Shown: positions 48,888 through 58,366 of the stretch, piece after piece
How the letters are laid out: each line of letters begins with the position of its first letter
How positions within the stretch are numbered: the first letter of the stretch is position 1
From: a bacterium
GTDB taxonomy: Bacteria; Patescibacteriota; Minisyncoccia; Sungbacterales; HO2-52-23
Reading direction: 5' to 3'
DNA length: 64,000 nucleotides
NCBI GenBank assembly: GCA_030697705.1
Contig: JAUYPE010000002.1
Coordinates: forward strand, 4,312-68,311
Position numbers and translations under genes: made by a program
Notes under the pieces: model-generated
What the model saw: the letters and a program-made list of their open reading frames with translations, nothing else
What the model was told of the DNA's origin: nothing
Databases searched by the model: none

Positions 48888-49505
48888 CTATACAATACCG
48901 TGGCCGGAAAGAAAGTCCTGCACGACGGCAAACAACTTCTCATGCCCGACGGCGTTGGGGTGAAGTCCGTCCTCCAAGTCCTTTTTCGCATCTATAACAC
49001 TCCATACCGGCACATAATGCACTCCCGCCAAAGCCGCGCATTTCTGCAGACCCGCATCATAGCGCTCAATATTCTTCTGCGCAAAGAAAATATCATCTTC
49101 AAACGGCATTGTTCGCGCGTCATCCACCGGTGTAAGCCCGACCACCACGATGTTTCTGGCAAGCCGCTTCGCCTCGGTAAGAATTTTTTTCATGTTCTCA
49201 ATGAACACGGCGTAGGGAACATGCGGCGTGCCGGCAGGGTCCCGATACCGCGCATCGTTAATACCCACGGCAAACATAATCACATGCGGCTCGCGCGCCA
49301 TCGCCTCGGTTGTGAGGCGGTGCAGAATATCGCGCGTGGTGTTGCCGGGAATCCCCAGATGATACACGAAAAAGTAGTCCTGAAAGCGCGAGGCGAGTGT
49401 GCGATCGTGCAAAAAAGACCGCAATCGATCCACCCATCCGCCAGATGCGTCCCACGCGCCGTAGGCAATACTGTCGCCGAAAATACAGATGTTCGTGGTG
49501 TTCAT
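48888..49505 (-). CDS. SGNH/GDSL hydrolase
   Basis: FGDSI, G.ND and DGLHP blocks. Confidence 0.9.
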   Translation of the reverse strand: MNTTNICIFGDSIAYGAWDASGGWVDRLRSFLHDRTLASRFQDYFFVYHLGIPGNTTRDILHRLTTEAMAREPHVIMFAVGINDARYRDPAGTPHVPYAVFIENMKKILTEAKRLARNIVVVGLTPVDDARTMPFEDDIFFAQKNIERYDAGLQKCAALAGVHYVPVWSVIDAKKDLEDGLHPNAVGHEKLFAVVQDFLSGHGIV

Positions 49506-49617
49506 TGAAGGTAAAAACATCAAAAAAGCTCATAGGTACCGCCTGGAAATACCAGAAACACTATAGCACACGGAAAAAAATTGCGCGAGTCGCGGGAAGC
49601 GCAGTATACTAGCAGAA

Positions 49618-50013
49618 ATGGCTATGGTCTTTCTCATCCGCGACTATCTCCGCTGGCACTATACCGCCGCCGTGCGTGAGCTTTTGGGCATTCTAGGAAA
49701 TCTCCTCTGGTTTTTCGCCCACCTTTTTTCTCTCCGTCTGCTCCTCGCTACTCTCTTTTCACCATTTTATAGAATCCATGAGGATTATTTCAGTGTCGCT
49801 GATATTGAAAAAACGCTTGCCAGCATCGCCGCAAATCTCGTTTCCCGCGTTGTCGGATTTTTATTGAGGATTATCGTCATCGCTCTCGGCATTATTACGG
49901 AAGGCGTACTCATTGTACTCATCTTGCCGATTTTGCTTGTCTGGATTTTTCTGCCCGCTATTATCATTGGTTCTTTGGGACTGGGCATATTCGGATTGTT
50001 GCATAATCTATGA
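49618..50013 (+). CDS. Small membrane protein coupled to the Clp-like ATPase
   Basis: Hydrophobic, YLRWHY motif; ATGA overlap with 50010. Confidence 0.75.
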   Translation: MAMVFLIRDYLRWHYTAAVRELLGILGNLLWFFAHLFSLRLLLATLFSPFYRIHEDYFSVADIEKTLASIAANLVSRVVGFLLRIIVIALGIITEGVLIVLILPILLVWIFLPAIIIGSLGLGIFGLLHNL

Positions 50014-52550
50014 AAACGCCTTTTTTGGATTTCAAAAAAAATAAATTCTTCGGAGCGCTCGTTCTTGAGCGTTATTTCCCGCGGCAATGGCGACGGACGA
50101 TTAGAGTGCTCGCGGATATTGGTCTCGTCATTGCCGTGCTCCTCGTCGGCTATAGTGCTGTCGCTTTTGCTGTCGCCCATCAGAAAGGTGTGGCTGTGGG
50201 CGGGATGCCCCCCTTTAGTGAGCTTCCTCCTTACAATGAGCTTGTTGGCACGGGAATACTTATATTTTCTCTCGGCATACGCCTCTGTATTCTTTCCCTC
50301 AACGCCTATATACGCTCGCTGACGCTTGAGAAAAAGGGGGATCCCACGGACAAGAATCTAGCCGGACGGATGGATTATTATGTCGCGACACTCGCCTATA
50401 CCGCCTCTCGCACGCGTGGAGGGGCGAGCGTTGCAACTATAGCCAAAGCGCTTCCCCGCACTGCCATTGGTCGCGAGTTTCTCAAACGACTCGGCATGAA
50501 CGCTCAAGAATATGCCGCGCGAACCGACATAAAAAAATCCGAGCGGCCAGCGTATCTTGAACCGCAAAAAACTTTCGCTAAACCCCCACTCCTTGCCGAC
50601 ACACTTCCTGCAAACGGCGAGATCACATTCGTGCATTGTGCCGACATCCTCTGGGAGCATGACGAATATTTTCAAAAGCTCTGTTTCGCACGCGGACTCA
50701 CCAAGGACGATGTTACGGGTACGGCGGAATGGGCTTCGGGCGCGGCGGACGAGCAGGACCGTGCGGCGCGGTGGTGGCGGCGCGAACGGTTGGCGCGAAT
50801 TCCGGGATTTGCCAAAGGATGGGCGTATGGCAGGACCTATCTCTTAGACCGGTTTGGTACCGAGCTTACTACAAATAATAATATGGCCGCCGAACGCATC
50901 ACTGGCAGAGAGAGCGAGGTTGAAAAAATTGAAACGGCTCTGCTCAAACGATCGGGGGCGAATGCGCTCATCATCGGCGAGCCGGGAGCCGGAAGGCATG
51001 CCATTATCGCCGCGTTCGCGGAGCACATGCGCGAGGGGCGCGTCCATCCCGCGCTTGAGCATAAGCGCATTATTGAACTTCAGTTCTCAACCGTAACGGG
51101 CGCAGGAAAAACCAAAGGCGAAACGGAATCACTCCTCATCACACTCTTCAATGAAGCCGTGCGGGCGGGTAATATTATTCTCTTGATAAGCGACCTGCCC
51201 GCATTTGTATCCTCCCTTGGAGCACTCGGCATCGGCGCGGGTACGCTTCTGGCACCCTACCTAGAACATTCCGGTTTGCATCTTATCGCCACAGCAGACA
51301 CCGCGCGCTTCCGCCAAGTACTGGAAAGCGATGCAGGACTCATGAAATACTTTGAACGCGTAGAGCTCACCGAGCCGGACCCGCACCGCCTCCTCGCTAT
51401 TCTTGAGGACCACGCGCTCGTACTTGAAACAACATACCGCAACCGCATCATCATCACTTATTCCACGCTCATTAAAGCAGTTGACGGAGCAGTCAATCAT
51501 ATTGTCATCGGCGCACTTCCCCAGCGCGCGATTCAACTTCTGGAAGAGGCGACGGCACACGCGGTTGCGTCACATGCGCCTTTTCTCATACCTGAACACA
51601 TCAACGCCATTGTTTTACAAAAAACAAACATGCCTTCGGGCGCCATTGGCAAGGAAGAACAAGGCGCACTGCTTGATATGGAAGAACGACTCTGCACGCG
51701 CGTCATCGGACAAGACGAGGCAACGGCGGCGATTGCCGACACGATTCGCCGCGCGCGTACCGGCATCCGCAATCCAAGCCGCCCCATCGGCTCATTTCTT
51801 TTTCTCGGACCCACAGGTGTCGGAAAAACAGAAACGGCGAAGGCATTAGCCGCCGTGTATTTTGGCAACGAGGAGGCGATGCTACGCTTTGATATGAGCG
51901 AGTATGCGACCCAAGCGCAGGCCAAACAGCTCCTCGGCTCATTCGCCAAGGGCGAGCCGGGGTTACTCGCAAGCCGCATCCGCCGCGCGCCCTACGCCGT
52001 CCTGCTTTTGGACGAGTTTGAAAAATCGCACTCCGATGTGCGCAATATATTCCTGCAAATTCTTGATGAGGGCTTCTTTTCCGACCATTTGGGGAAGCAT
52101 GTCAATCTCCGCAACGCCATCATCATCGCTACCTCAAACGCCGGCGCGCTTGAGATTTTGGAGCTCGTTCAAAAAGGAGGCGATCCGGTAGCCGCGCGCG
52201 AGACGCTTATCGCCCATATTGAACAAAAAGGCATTTTCTCGCCGGAACTTTTGAATCGGTTTGATTCACTCGTGATCTTCCGCCCGCTTGATGAGAATGC
52301 GCGACGCGCCGTGGCAAAACTACTGCTGGAAAAATTGGTGGCGCGGCTTAAACGGCAAAATTATCTCCTCACAATTACGCCTGAACTCATTGATACGGTC
52401 GCAACGCGCGGCTACCATCCGGAGCTCGGTGCGCGCCCCATGCAAAGATTCATTCAAGACAAGATAGAAAAAACAATCGCCAACCGCATGATCAAAGGTG
52501 AGCTCACTTTCGGCACCCCCTTCTCCCTCTCCCCTGCCGATATCGCGTAA
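50010..52550 (+). CDS. Membrane-anchored Clp/Hsp100-like AAA+ ATPase
   Basis: Two N-terminal TMs; degenerate D1 (GEPGAGRH, LLISDL); intact D2 ([25 protein letters not shown]). Confidence 0.85.
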   Translation: MKTPFLDFKKNKFFGALVLERYFPRQWRRTIRVLADIGLVIAVLLVGYSAVAFAVAHQKGVAVGGMPPFSELPPYNELVGTGILIFSLGIRLCILSLNAYIRSLTLEKKGDPTDKNLAGRMDYYVATLAYTASRTRGGASVATIAKALPRTAIGREFLKRLGMNAQEYAARTDIKKSERPAYLEPQKTFAKPPLLADTLPANGEITFVHCADILWEHDEYFQKLCFARGLTKDDVTGTAEWASGAADEQDRAARWWRRERLARIPGFAKGWAYGRTYLLDRFGTELTTNNNMAAERITGRESEVEKIETALLKRSGANALIIGEPGAGRHAIIAAFAEHMREGRVHPALEHKRIIELQFSTVTGAGKTKGETESLLITLFNEAVRAGNIILLISDLPAFVSSLGALGIGAGTLLAPYLEHSGLHLIATADTARFRQVLESDAGLMKYFERVELTEPDPHRLLAILEDHALVLETTYRNRIIITYSTLIKAVDGAVNHIVIGALPQRAIQLLEEATAHAVASHAPFLIPEHINAIVLQKTNMPSGAIGKEEQGALLDMEERLCTRVIGQDEATAAIADTIRRARTGIRNPSRPIGSFLFLGPTGVGKTETAKALAAVYFGNEEAMLRFDMSEYATQAQAKQLLGSFAKGEPGLLASRIRRAPYAVLLLDEFEKSHSDVRNIFLQILDEGFFSDHLGKHVNLRNAIIIATSNAGALEILELVQKGGDPVAARETLIAHIEQKGIFSPELLNRFDSLVIFRPLDENARRAVAKLLLEKLVARLKRQNYLLTITPELIDTVATRGYHPELGARPMQRFIQDKIEKTIANRMIKGELTFGTPFSLSPADIA

Positions 52551-52580
52551 AAAAGCGGGAAGACCATGCGTCTTCCCGCT
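52549..52580. terminator. Terminator between convergent genes
   Basis: AGCGGGAAGAC/GTCTTCCCGCT stem with an A run on the left. Confidence 0.7.
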
Positions 52581-52599
52581 GATATGCCTGAACACAAAT

Positions 52600-52836
52600 C
52601 TAAGGATCTCGTTCTTTTTGTTGTTCTTTTTCTTCTTTCAGCTCACGGAAGGCAGGAAGATCAAGGAGATGATTGAGGATCATTCTATAAATTTCTCCTT
52701 GACTAACCTCCTCACTGATTTCCTCTTCTGAAGCTTCAGATTCTTCCGTATCCCCTTCATCCTCCTCTTGAAAGAAAGGAAGCTCAAGGATTTCGGAGAC
52801 GAACGGGGGGAGCTTCTTATCGTTCAACTCGCACAT
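52600..52836 (-). CDS. Small acidic protein
   Basis: 78 aa, Glu-rich; AAGGAG upstream. Confidence 0.6.
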   Translation of the reverse strand: MCELNDKKLPPFVSEILELPFFQEEDEGDTEESEASEEEISEEVSQGEIYRMILNHLLDLPAFRELKEEKEQQKERDP

Positions 52837-52904
52837 GGTACCCTCCTTTACCTCTGTTGATTCTTGGAGACACGATAGCGTTTTCTGGTGATTCTGTCAA
52901 AAAC

Positions 52905-54287
52905 CTATTCTGCCTTCAATGCCGATTCGGTATATACATTAGAAGCATTCCAGAGAAGCCAGCCATGACCCGATGACTTCTCCGCCGCATCCGCCTGCAG
53001 TCGGACTTTGAGCTCGCCTGACGGCCTGCCCGCAACACGATCCGCCTCATGAAAAAAGTCCTCCAGCCACGGTCGCAACCGAGCGTGGCGGGGCGTCGTT
53101 GAACTTACTCCCACCGCGGGAACCGTTGAGCTCGCCGCCACCGCGACAGATGAGGATGCTGTGCGCTTATTCAGCAAGTCCTCCGCAAAAAACATAGCCC
53201 GTTCAACGAGTATTCCGGGATTTGTCCGCGCCTGATTCACATTCCAATTGATTGCCGGAAGTTTCCGCACGGGATCGGGCGGCAAGACAAGCCCGCTGTA
53301 GTAGTGCGACGGATACACCATAAGCGAGACGAAATCAAAATTATCCCCCACATCTTCCAATCGCTGACCGATACCCACATCGCTCCCACTCGTTGCGACA
53401 TAACCAAACAAGTCGGCCGAGAGGATCAGCTCCGGCTTGTACGCCTTAAGATTGTCGTGCAGAAACTCAAAAAAACTTTTCATCACAACATATTTGGGCG
53501 TCTTTCCATCCCATGCGGGATACATCGCCTTGGCAACATCGCCGTCCGAGGGAAAGCGCACATAATCAAACTGAACTTCGTCAAACCCGAGATCCGCCAT
53601 TTTTTTTGCCAACGCGAGAATATACTGCCGCGCGCCCGGGGACGCCGGATCCATCCAGTAGCCACCTTTATTATCCTGCCAGAGCGGTATGGACGGCGTA
53701 ACTCCCGCGGGAGCTGGAACGCGTAGATATTTCTTCCGGGCGCATCCCGCATTGGGAATCGCTTTGGCGGACGCGTGCTTGAGGTACCATTCCGGATGCG
53801 CATTGATCTGCGAGGCATCTTTGAACGCCACAATGCGCGCAATCGCCCAAATGTTTTTTTGGTGCAACTCGGTGAGCAGACTACCCAAATGTTTTTCGTT
53901 GTAGTCGGGACCACATACCTCTTTGACATCAACGACGATGGCATTGATCTCCGTCTTTTCGGCAAGCGCAATGATATTATTCCGCAAACCGATCGCGCCA
54001 CGCCCCTGATCGTTCGCGACATCAGCGGTCATATAGAGCCCCTTGATATTCGCCGCGCGCATCTCGGCTTCTCGCATCCGCTCCGCAAGAGGTTTTTCTT
54101 CTTTTTGTGGCGCGAGAGCCACCCCGTGTGACAAGGACGTTGAGCTTGCTATTGATCCCACCATACCCGCAATTTCTCGCGACATTCCCCCACGCCAAAC
54201 AAGCCCGCCCAGAGCGGCAAGAGTGATGACGAGCGATCCTCCTAGGATCAAGTATTTTTTAGCAAAGCGAGAAAACCAAACAAACAT
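52905..54287 (-). CDS. Putative glycoside hydrolase (DUF4015-like), membrane-anchored
   Basis: INAIVVDVK; IARIVAFKD; GFDEVQFDYVRFP; MVYPSHY. Confidence 0.85.
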   Translation of the reverse strand: MFVWFSRFAKKYLILGGSLVITLAALGGLVWRGGMSREIAGMVGSIASSTSLSHGVALAPQKEEKPLAERMREAEMRAANIKGLYMTADVANDQGRGAIGLRNNIIALAEKTEINAIVVDVKEVCGPDYNEKHLGSLLTELHQKNIWAIARIVAFKDASQINAHPEWYLKHASAKAIPNAGCARKKYLRVPAPAGVTPSIPLWQDNKGGYWMDPASPGARQYILALAKKMADLGFDEVQFDYVRFPSDGDVAKAMYPAWDGKTPKYVVMKSFFEFLHDNLKAYKPELILSADLFGYVATSGSDVGIGQRLEDVGDNFDFVSLMVYPSHYYSGLVLPPDPVRKLPAINWNVNQARTNPGILVERAMFFAEDLLNKRTASSSVAVAASSTVPAVGVSSTTPRHARLRPWLEDFFHEADRVAGRPSGELKVRLQADAAEKSSGHGWLLWNASNVYTESALKAE

Positions 54288-54508
54288 AGTCCGAGTGTAG
54301 CATCTGCCGCGTACTGTTTCTAGAGCGAGACTTTTCCAGCAGGAAAATATCCGTGACTTGGGAAGGAATCTTCCGCTTGCTCCGCTATTTTCTTTTGGCG
54401 ATTTTCGGGCGGGCAGTTATCTTTTTTCTAATCTTTTTACTCTTTCTTCCACCAGCGAACATTCCAGCGAAATAAGCCATCTGCGCGAGGTATGTAACCG
54501 ACCGTTAT

Positions 54509-57298
54509 CTACTTTAATTGTTTAAGAATATCTCCCAGTCGCCGCTGTGCCTCGCCGTAGCGTGTCCAATCACCATCCCTTTGCGCTCGGAGCGCCTCTT
54601 CATATGCGGCGACTGCTCTTCGTATGCGCTCCTGAACATCTTGAGTGGGCGCCACTTGCGGTCTCGCTGTCTGGGACCCCTCTGATCTTATTCCTGTTCC
54701 GCCACCAAAGATTCTCATTAACCCCTCCTCCAGCGTCTCTTCCATGGCAATTTTATTTTCATACGCCACAACCACTCGTTTTAACTCCGGAATTTTTCCG
54801 GCCTCAGCTTTGAGATAGAGCGGGCGCACATACAGAAGAGATTCTTCAATCGGGATAACCAAAAGCGGACCTTGAATTACTTGCGACCCGCCTTGACTCC
54901 AAAGCGAGATCTGCTGGCTAATCTCGGGGTCTTGGTTAATTCTACCTATAATTTGTTTAGGTCCGAACACGAGCTTATCTTTAGGAAAACGATAGACCAA
55001 CAATTTACCGTAGCTTTCCCCATCGTTACGGGCGACCATCCAAGAGGACAAATTGTCTTTTGCGCGGGGAGTAAAAGGCAACATCAAAACATATTCCTCT
55101 TTTTTCTCTCCCGGCAACTTCATAATAATATGCCGCGGTTGCATCGGCGGAATCGCGCCTGTGCGGGATGCCCCCTCACCCTCTGCCGCAATGGCCGGAA
55201 TTTCCCACTGGTCTTCTTTGTTGTAAAAAATCTGCGGATCGTCCATGTGGTAGACCGAATACGCGGCAGTCTGCAGGGTGAAGATATCTTCGGGATAGCG
55301 CAAATGGGAAACGAGACTTTTTGGCATCTCCGAAAGCGGCCGGAATGTTCCGGGGAAAATCTTAGCGTATGTTTTTATTATCGGATCCTCTCTATCCGCC
55401 TGATAGAAGACGACACTGCCACTATACGCATCAACCACTACTTTGACCGAGTTTCTGATGTAGTTTATATTTCCGCCGTTTAACCGTATCAGTTCCGAGT
55501 AAGGATAACGATCGCTCGTGGTATACGCATCGGCGATCCAATACACCTTGCCGTCGGCAATGACGATATAGGGGTCTCGGTCAAAGGTCAAAAACGGCGC
55601 GATCTTGGCGACCCTTTCGGCAATGGTGCGGTAATACAGAATACGGCTCTCGCTGGTTATGTCATTGGACAAAAGCAGTTTAAGCGACTGGAATTTCACT
55701 GCGTAAAAGACGCGCCTTAAAAACGAGTTTATCGCCACTCCGCCTTTGCCTTCATATGTTGCGTAGACATTTTCTTCACCCTTGGGATAATCAAACTCAC
55801 GGGACTTTGTTTTGACGATAACATAGTCATTTGAAAGTTCACCAAAGTAGATTTCCGGGCGCGAAATTTCAAGCTCTTTCATATTTGCCTTTGGCGGCAA
55901 ATCCTTAACGAACAAAACCGGCAAACCTTCGGGAGTAACTTGATTCACCGGTCCGGCCGCCACACCGTATCCATGCGTAAATGTCAGCCGTTCGTTAATC
56001 CAATTTCTATTCGGGAGACTCTCTGAAGCCAACTCCCGCGGAGAGAGCATGATCTGGCGAATCTCGCCATCTATGATATAGCGATCGTTATCAACTTCGG
56101 CAAATTCGTAATAGGTTCTGATTTCTTGTATCTGGGAAAACGTTGATAAAAGGGGTTTTCTATCCCACAGCCGCACATTTTTGACCGTGAGATTATTGTT
56201 CCCGATATCAGACGCGGTGAGCGGCTTATCTCCGGAGATTTCCCGTTCCTCAATTTTATCAAGCGCAAACCCCTGCCGAGTGGCGGCAATATTATACTTA
56301 ATAAATGGCGTTTCCTTCACGAGTTCATTGGGAGCAACTACGAGTTTTTGGACAAGGGACGGGATCACCGCTCCGACGAATCCCACGACAACATACAAAG
56401 AAACTGCTCCGATAAGCGGCGCCAATTTTCCTTTCCACGCCCAAAAGGCAGCCGAAACTGCCGCGAGTGCTGCCGCAGTTATTGAAATCCACAGCATGAA
56501 TATTCTCACGGTTGCGTCTGTGTATGTCGCGCCAAATACTAAACCGCTCTGACTCGTCAGGAGTGCAAAGCGGGAAAGATAGACTCCGGCGACAATGGTT
56601 GAGAGAAAAATGGCGAGCAGGATACCAAGATGAATTCTTGCCCCGTTAGAAGTAAAGAGACGACTGCTGATACGTAAACGCATCGGACTTCTAACGGGGC
56701 GAGCCGCGCTTTCTGTCTGCTCGGGTAGACCTCCGAACTGAAGACTGCCTCGCAAAAAATATATAATCGCGGAACCGGCAAGCGATAACAGAACAAGAAA
56801 TTTTATCAACCCCAATCCTATTTGAAAGACTGGGAGAGAGAACAGATAAAAGCCGACATCTTTACCGAAGATAGGATCTGCTGTGCCGAAAGCCACACCT
56901 GAAATAAATTTTAAGACCTCCTGCCAATTGGCTGCTGTCACGAGTCCGAAAAAAACCGCGATTACTACACTCAACACAACGGCTAATTTTTTAACAATGC
57001 GACTGTCCACATTCACTACCTGTTGACCAGTTAAGGCCGCCGGTAAAACCGGCATCCAAGAGATTTTTGAGCGGAGCGCCACGGAGAAGTTGATGAGCAA
57101 AAAAACCGCGGCAAAAATTCCCGCTGATGAAAACAATGCTATTTTAGCGATGAGAGATTTAAAAAAGATTTGAGTGTGGCCAACCTCGGAAAACCACCAC
57201 CAGTCAGTAACAAAGCCAACAATACCTGAAAAAAGGAAAAAGATAACAAAAAGCCCGATAAAGAAAAATCGTGTAAGATACTTTGGGATAGCAGTCAT
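54509..57298 (-). CDS. UPF0182 family membrane protein
   Basis: TDWWWF; DPIFGKDVGFY.F.LP; NVRLWD; FTHGYG; NYIRNSVK; RYPED. Confidence 0.93.
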   Translation of the reverse strand: MTAIPKYLTRFFFIGLFVIFFLFSGIVGFVTDWWWFSEVGHTQIFFKSLIAKIALFSSAGIFAAVFLLINFSVALRSKISWMPVLPAALTGQQVVNVDSRIVKKLAVVLSVVIAVFFGLVTAANWQEVLKFISGVAFGTADPIFGKDVGFYLFSLPVFQIGLGLIKFLVLLSLAGSAIIYFLRGSLQFGGLPEQTESAARPVRSPMRLRISSRLFTSNGARIHLGILLAIFLSTIVAGVYLSRFALLTSQSGLVFGATYTDATVRIFMLWISITAAALAAVSAAFWAWKGKLAPLIGAVSLYVVVGFVGAVIPSLVQKLVVAPNELVKETPFIKYNIAATRQGFALDKIEEREISGDKPLTASDIGNNNLTVKNVRLWDRKPLLSTFSQIQEIRTYYEFAEVDNDRYIIDGEIRQIMLSPRELASESLPNRNWINERLTFTHGYGVAAGPVNQVTPEGLPVLFVKDLPPKANMKELEISRPEIYFGELSNDYVIVKTKSREFDYPKGEENVYATYEGKGGVAINSFLRRVFYAVKFQSLKLLLSNDITSESRILYYRTIAERVAKIAPFLTFDRDPYIVIADGKVYWIADAYTTSDRYPYSELIRLNGGNINYIRNSVKVVVDAYSGSVVFYQADREDPIIKTYAKIFPGTFRPLSEMPKSLVSHLRYPEDIFTLQTAAYSVYHMDDPQIFYNKEDQWEIPAIAAEGEGASRTGAIPPMQPRHIIMKLPGEKKEEYVLMLPFTPRAKDNLSSWMVARNDGESYGKLLVYRFPKDKLVFGPKQIIGRINQDPEISQQISLWSQGGSQVIQGPLLVIPIEESLLYVRPLYLKAEAGKIPELKRVVVAYENKIAMEETLEEGLMRIFGGGTGIRSEGSQTARPQVAPTQDVQERIRRAVAAYEEALRAQRDGDWTRYGEAQRRLGDILKQLK

Positions 57299-57394
57299 AC
57301 TATTGGTCAATAATAGCACTATTTCTTTGACATAGCCACAAGTCGCGCGCTCCAGAAACTTATGCCGAGAAAACGTGCGACAAAAAATGAATCT

Positions 57395-57414
57395 CCCCGA
57401 TGCAAGCATCGGGG
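57395..57414. repeat. Short perfect palindrome
   Basis: CCCCGATGC-AA-GCATCGGGG. Confidence 0.55.
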
Positions 57415-57461
57415 TAAGTAATGAATATATAAAATGATTTTTTTAGGAATCAAGATATTTT

Positions 57462-57560
57462 TTACCTTTTTCTTTTCTTTGTTTCTAGCGCGCGAATTTC
57501 TTTTTCGTCAAAACCCAAGTGATGGCCGACTTCGTGCCGCACTACCTCATAAATCAATTT
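57462..57560 (-). pseudogene. C-terminal remnant of a zincin-like metallopeptidase
   Basis: Hand translation KLIYEVVRHEVGHHLGFDEKEIRALETKKRKR* (HExxH); no 5' part. Confidence 0.7.
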
Positions 57561-57582
57561 AATTACACAAGATTCCAAAATA

Positions 57583-58164
57583 TTACATCAGTCCTTTGGC
57601 GAATAAGCCGATAGCCAGTATCCCCAGAAAATTAAGTGCAAATGATATCGGTATAAATACTGATGTTTTCATTTTTGAGAGTCCCATCATTGCAAGGCCA
57701 GCTTCGTCCGGTAAAGGAGATGCGATGATTAAGGCGCCGATAAACGGGATGAGCCATTTAAAAAGCTTCGGGCGAAAAATGGAAACCAACCTCTCTTGTT
57801 TAGTCTTTCGCATGAGCCAGTGAATATCTTCTGAAATACTGTCTTTGATGAAACGAAAAATGAGGAGATCGCCGATGAGCGCGCCGATTCCGCCAAATAA
57901 TGCCACTTCCCCTATTGAATTGGCGGCCGCTATTTCAAAGAGTACTACACTGGCTGGCGCCGCGGTAAATATCGATACAAAAAATATGCCAGCAATAAGA
58001 CTTCCCAGCAGTTCCCATTCCTGCGTGCTCGTCAGAATTTCCGCCAAAGCGCCGGTTTTTGCCAGAATGACGGCAATAACAATACTCAGAGCCACGACCC
58101 CCAAATCTCGCATTACATTATTTTTCTCATTTTGTGTATTCATCTCCGTGGTATTATTTTTCAT
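57583..58164 (-). CDS. Membrane protein (DedA/SNARE-associated-like)
   Basis: Multiple TMs; GALIGD; ASPLPDE motif. Confidence 0.7.
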   Translation of the reverse strand: MKNNTTEMNTQNEKNNVMRDLGVVALSIVIAVILAKTGALAEILTSTQEWELLGSLIAGIFFVSIFTAAPASVVLFEIAAANSIGEVALFGGIGALIGDLLIFRFIKDSISEDIHWLMRKTKQERLVSIFRPKLFKWLIPFIGALIIASPLPDEAGLAMMGLSKMKTSVFIPISFALNFLGILAIGLFAKGLM

Positions 58165-58180
58165 ACTTATCTGTATCTTT

Positions 58181-58339
58181 AGACCTACTGCGTAATAATT
58201 TTCGTCATGAGATTTTCAAATTGTAGGCGAGGCGAAGGAAAAATTATGAAGCATATACAGCGTATATGTTGAATAATTTTTACCAAGCCGTAGCCAGAAT
58301 TTGGAAATCGGAATAGGAAGGTTATTACGCAGTAGGTCT
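58181..58339. mobile_element. 159-bp palindromic MITE-like element (RPE-like)
   Basis: Perfect 18-bp terminal IR AGACCTACTGCGTAATAA; internal AAAAATTAT/ATAATTTTT and CATATAC/GTATATG stems. Confidence 0.78.
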
Positions 58340-58366
58340 CTTGTACTTATCCGGCAATCCCCACTG

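Noticed and set aside
54320-54420. att site matching the tRNA-Gly 3' end
   Set aside because: Only short imperfect matches (AGAGCG, GGAAGGAATC)
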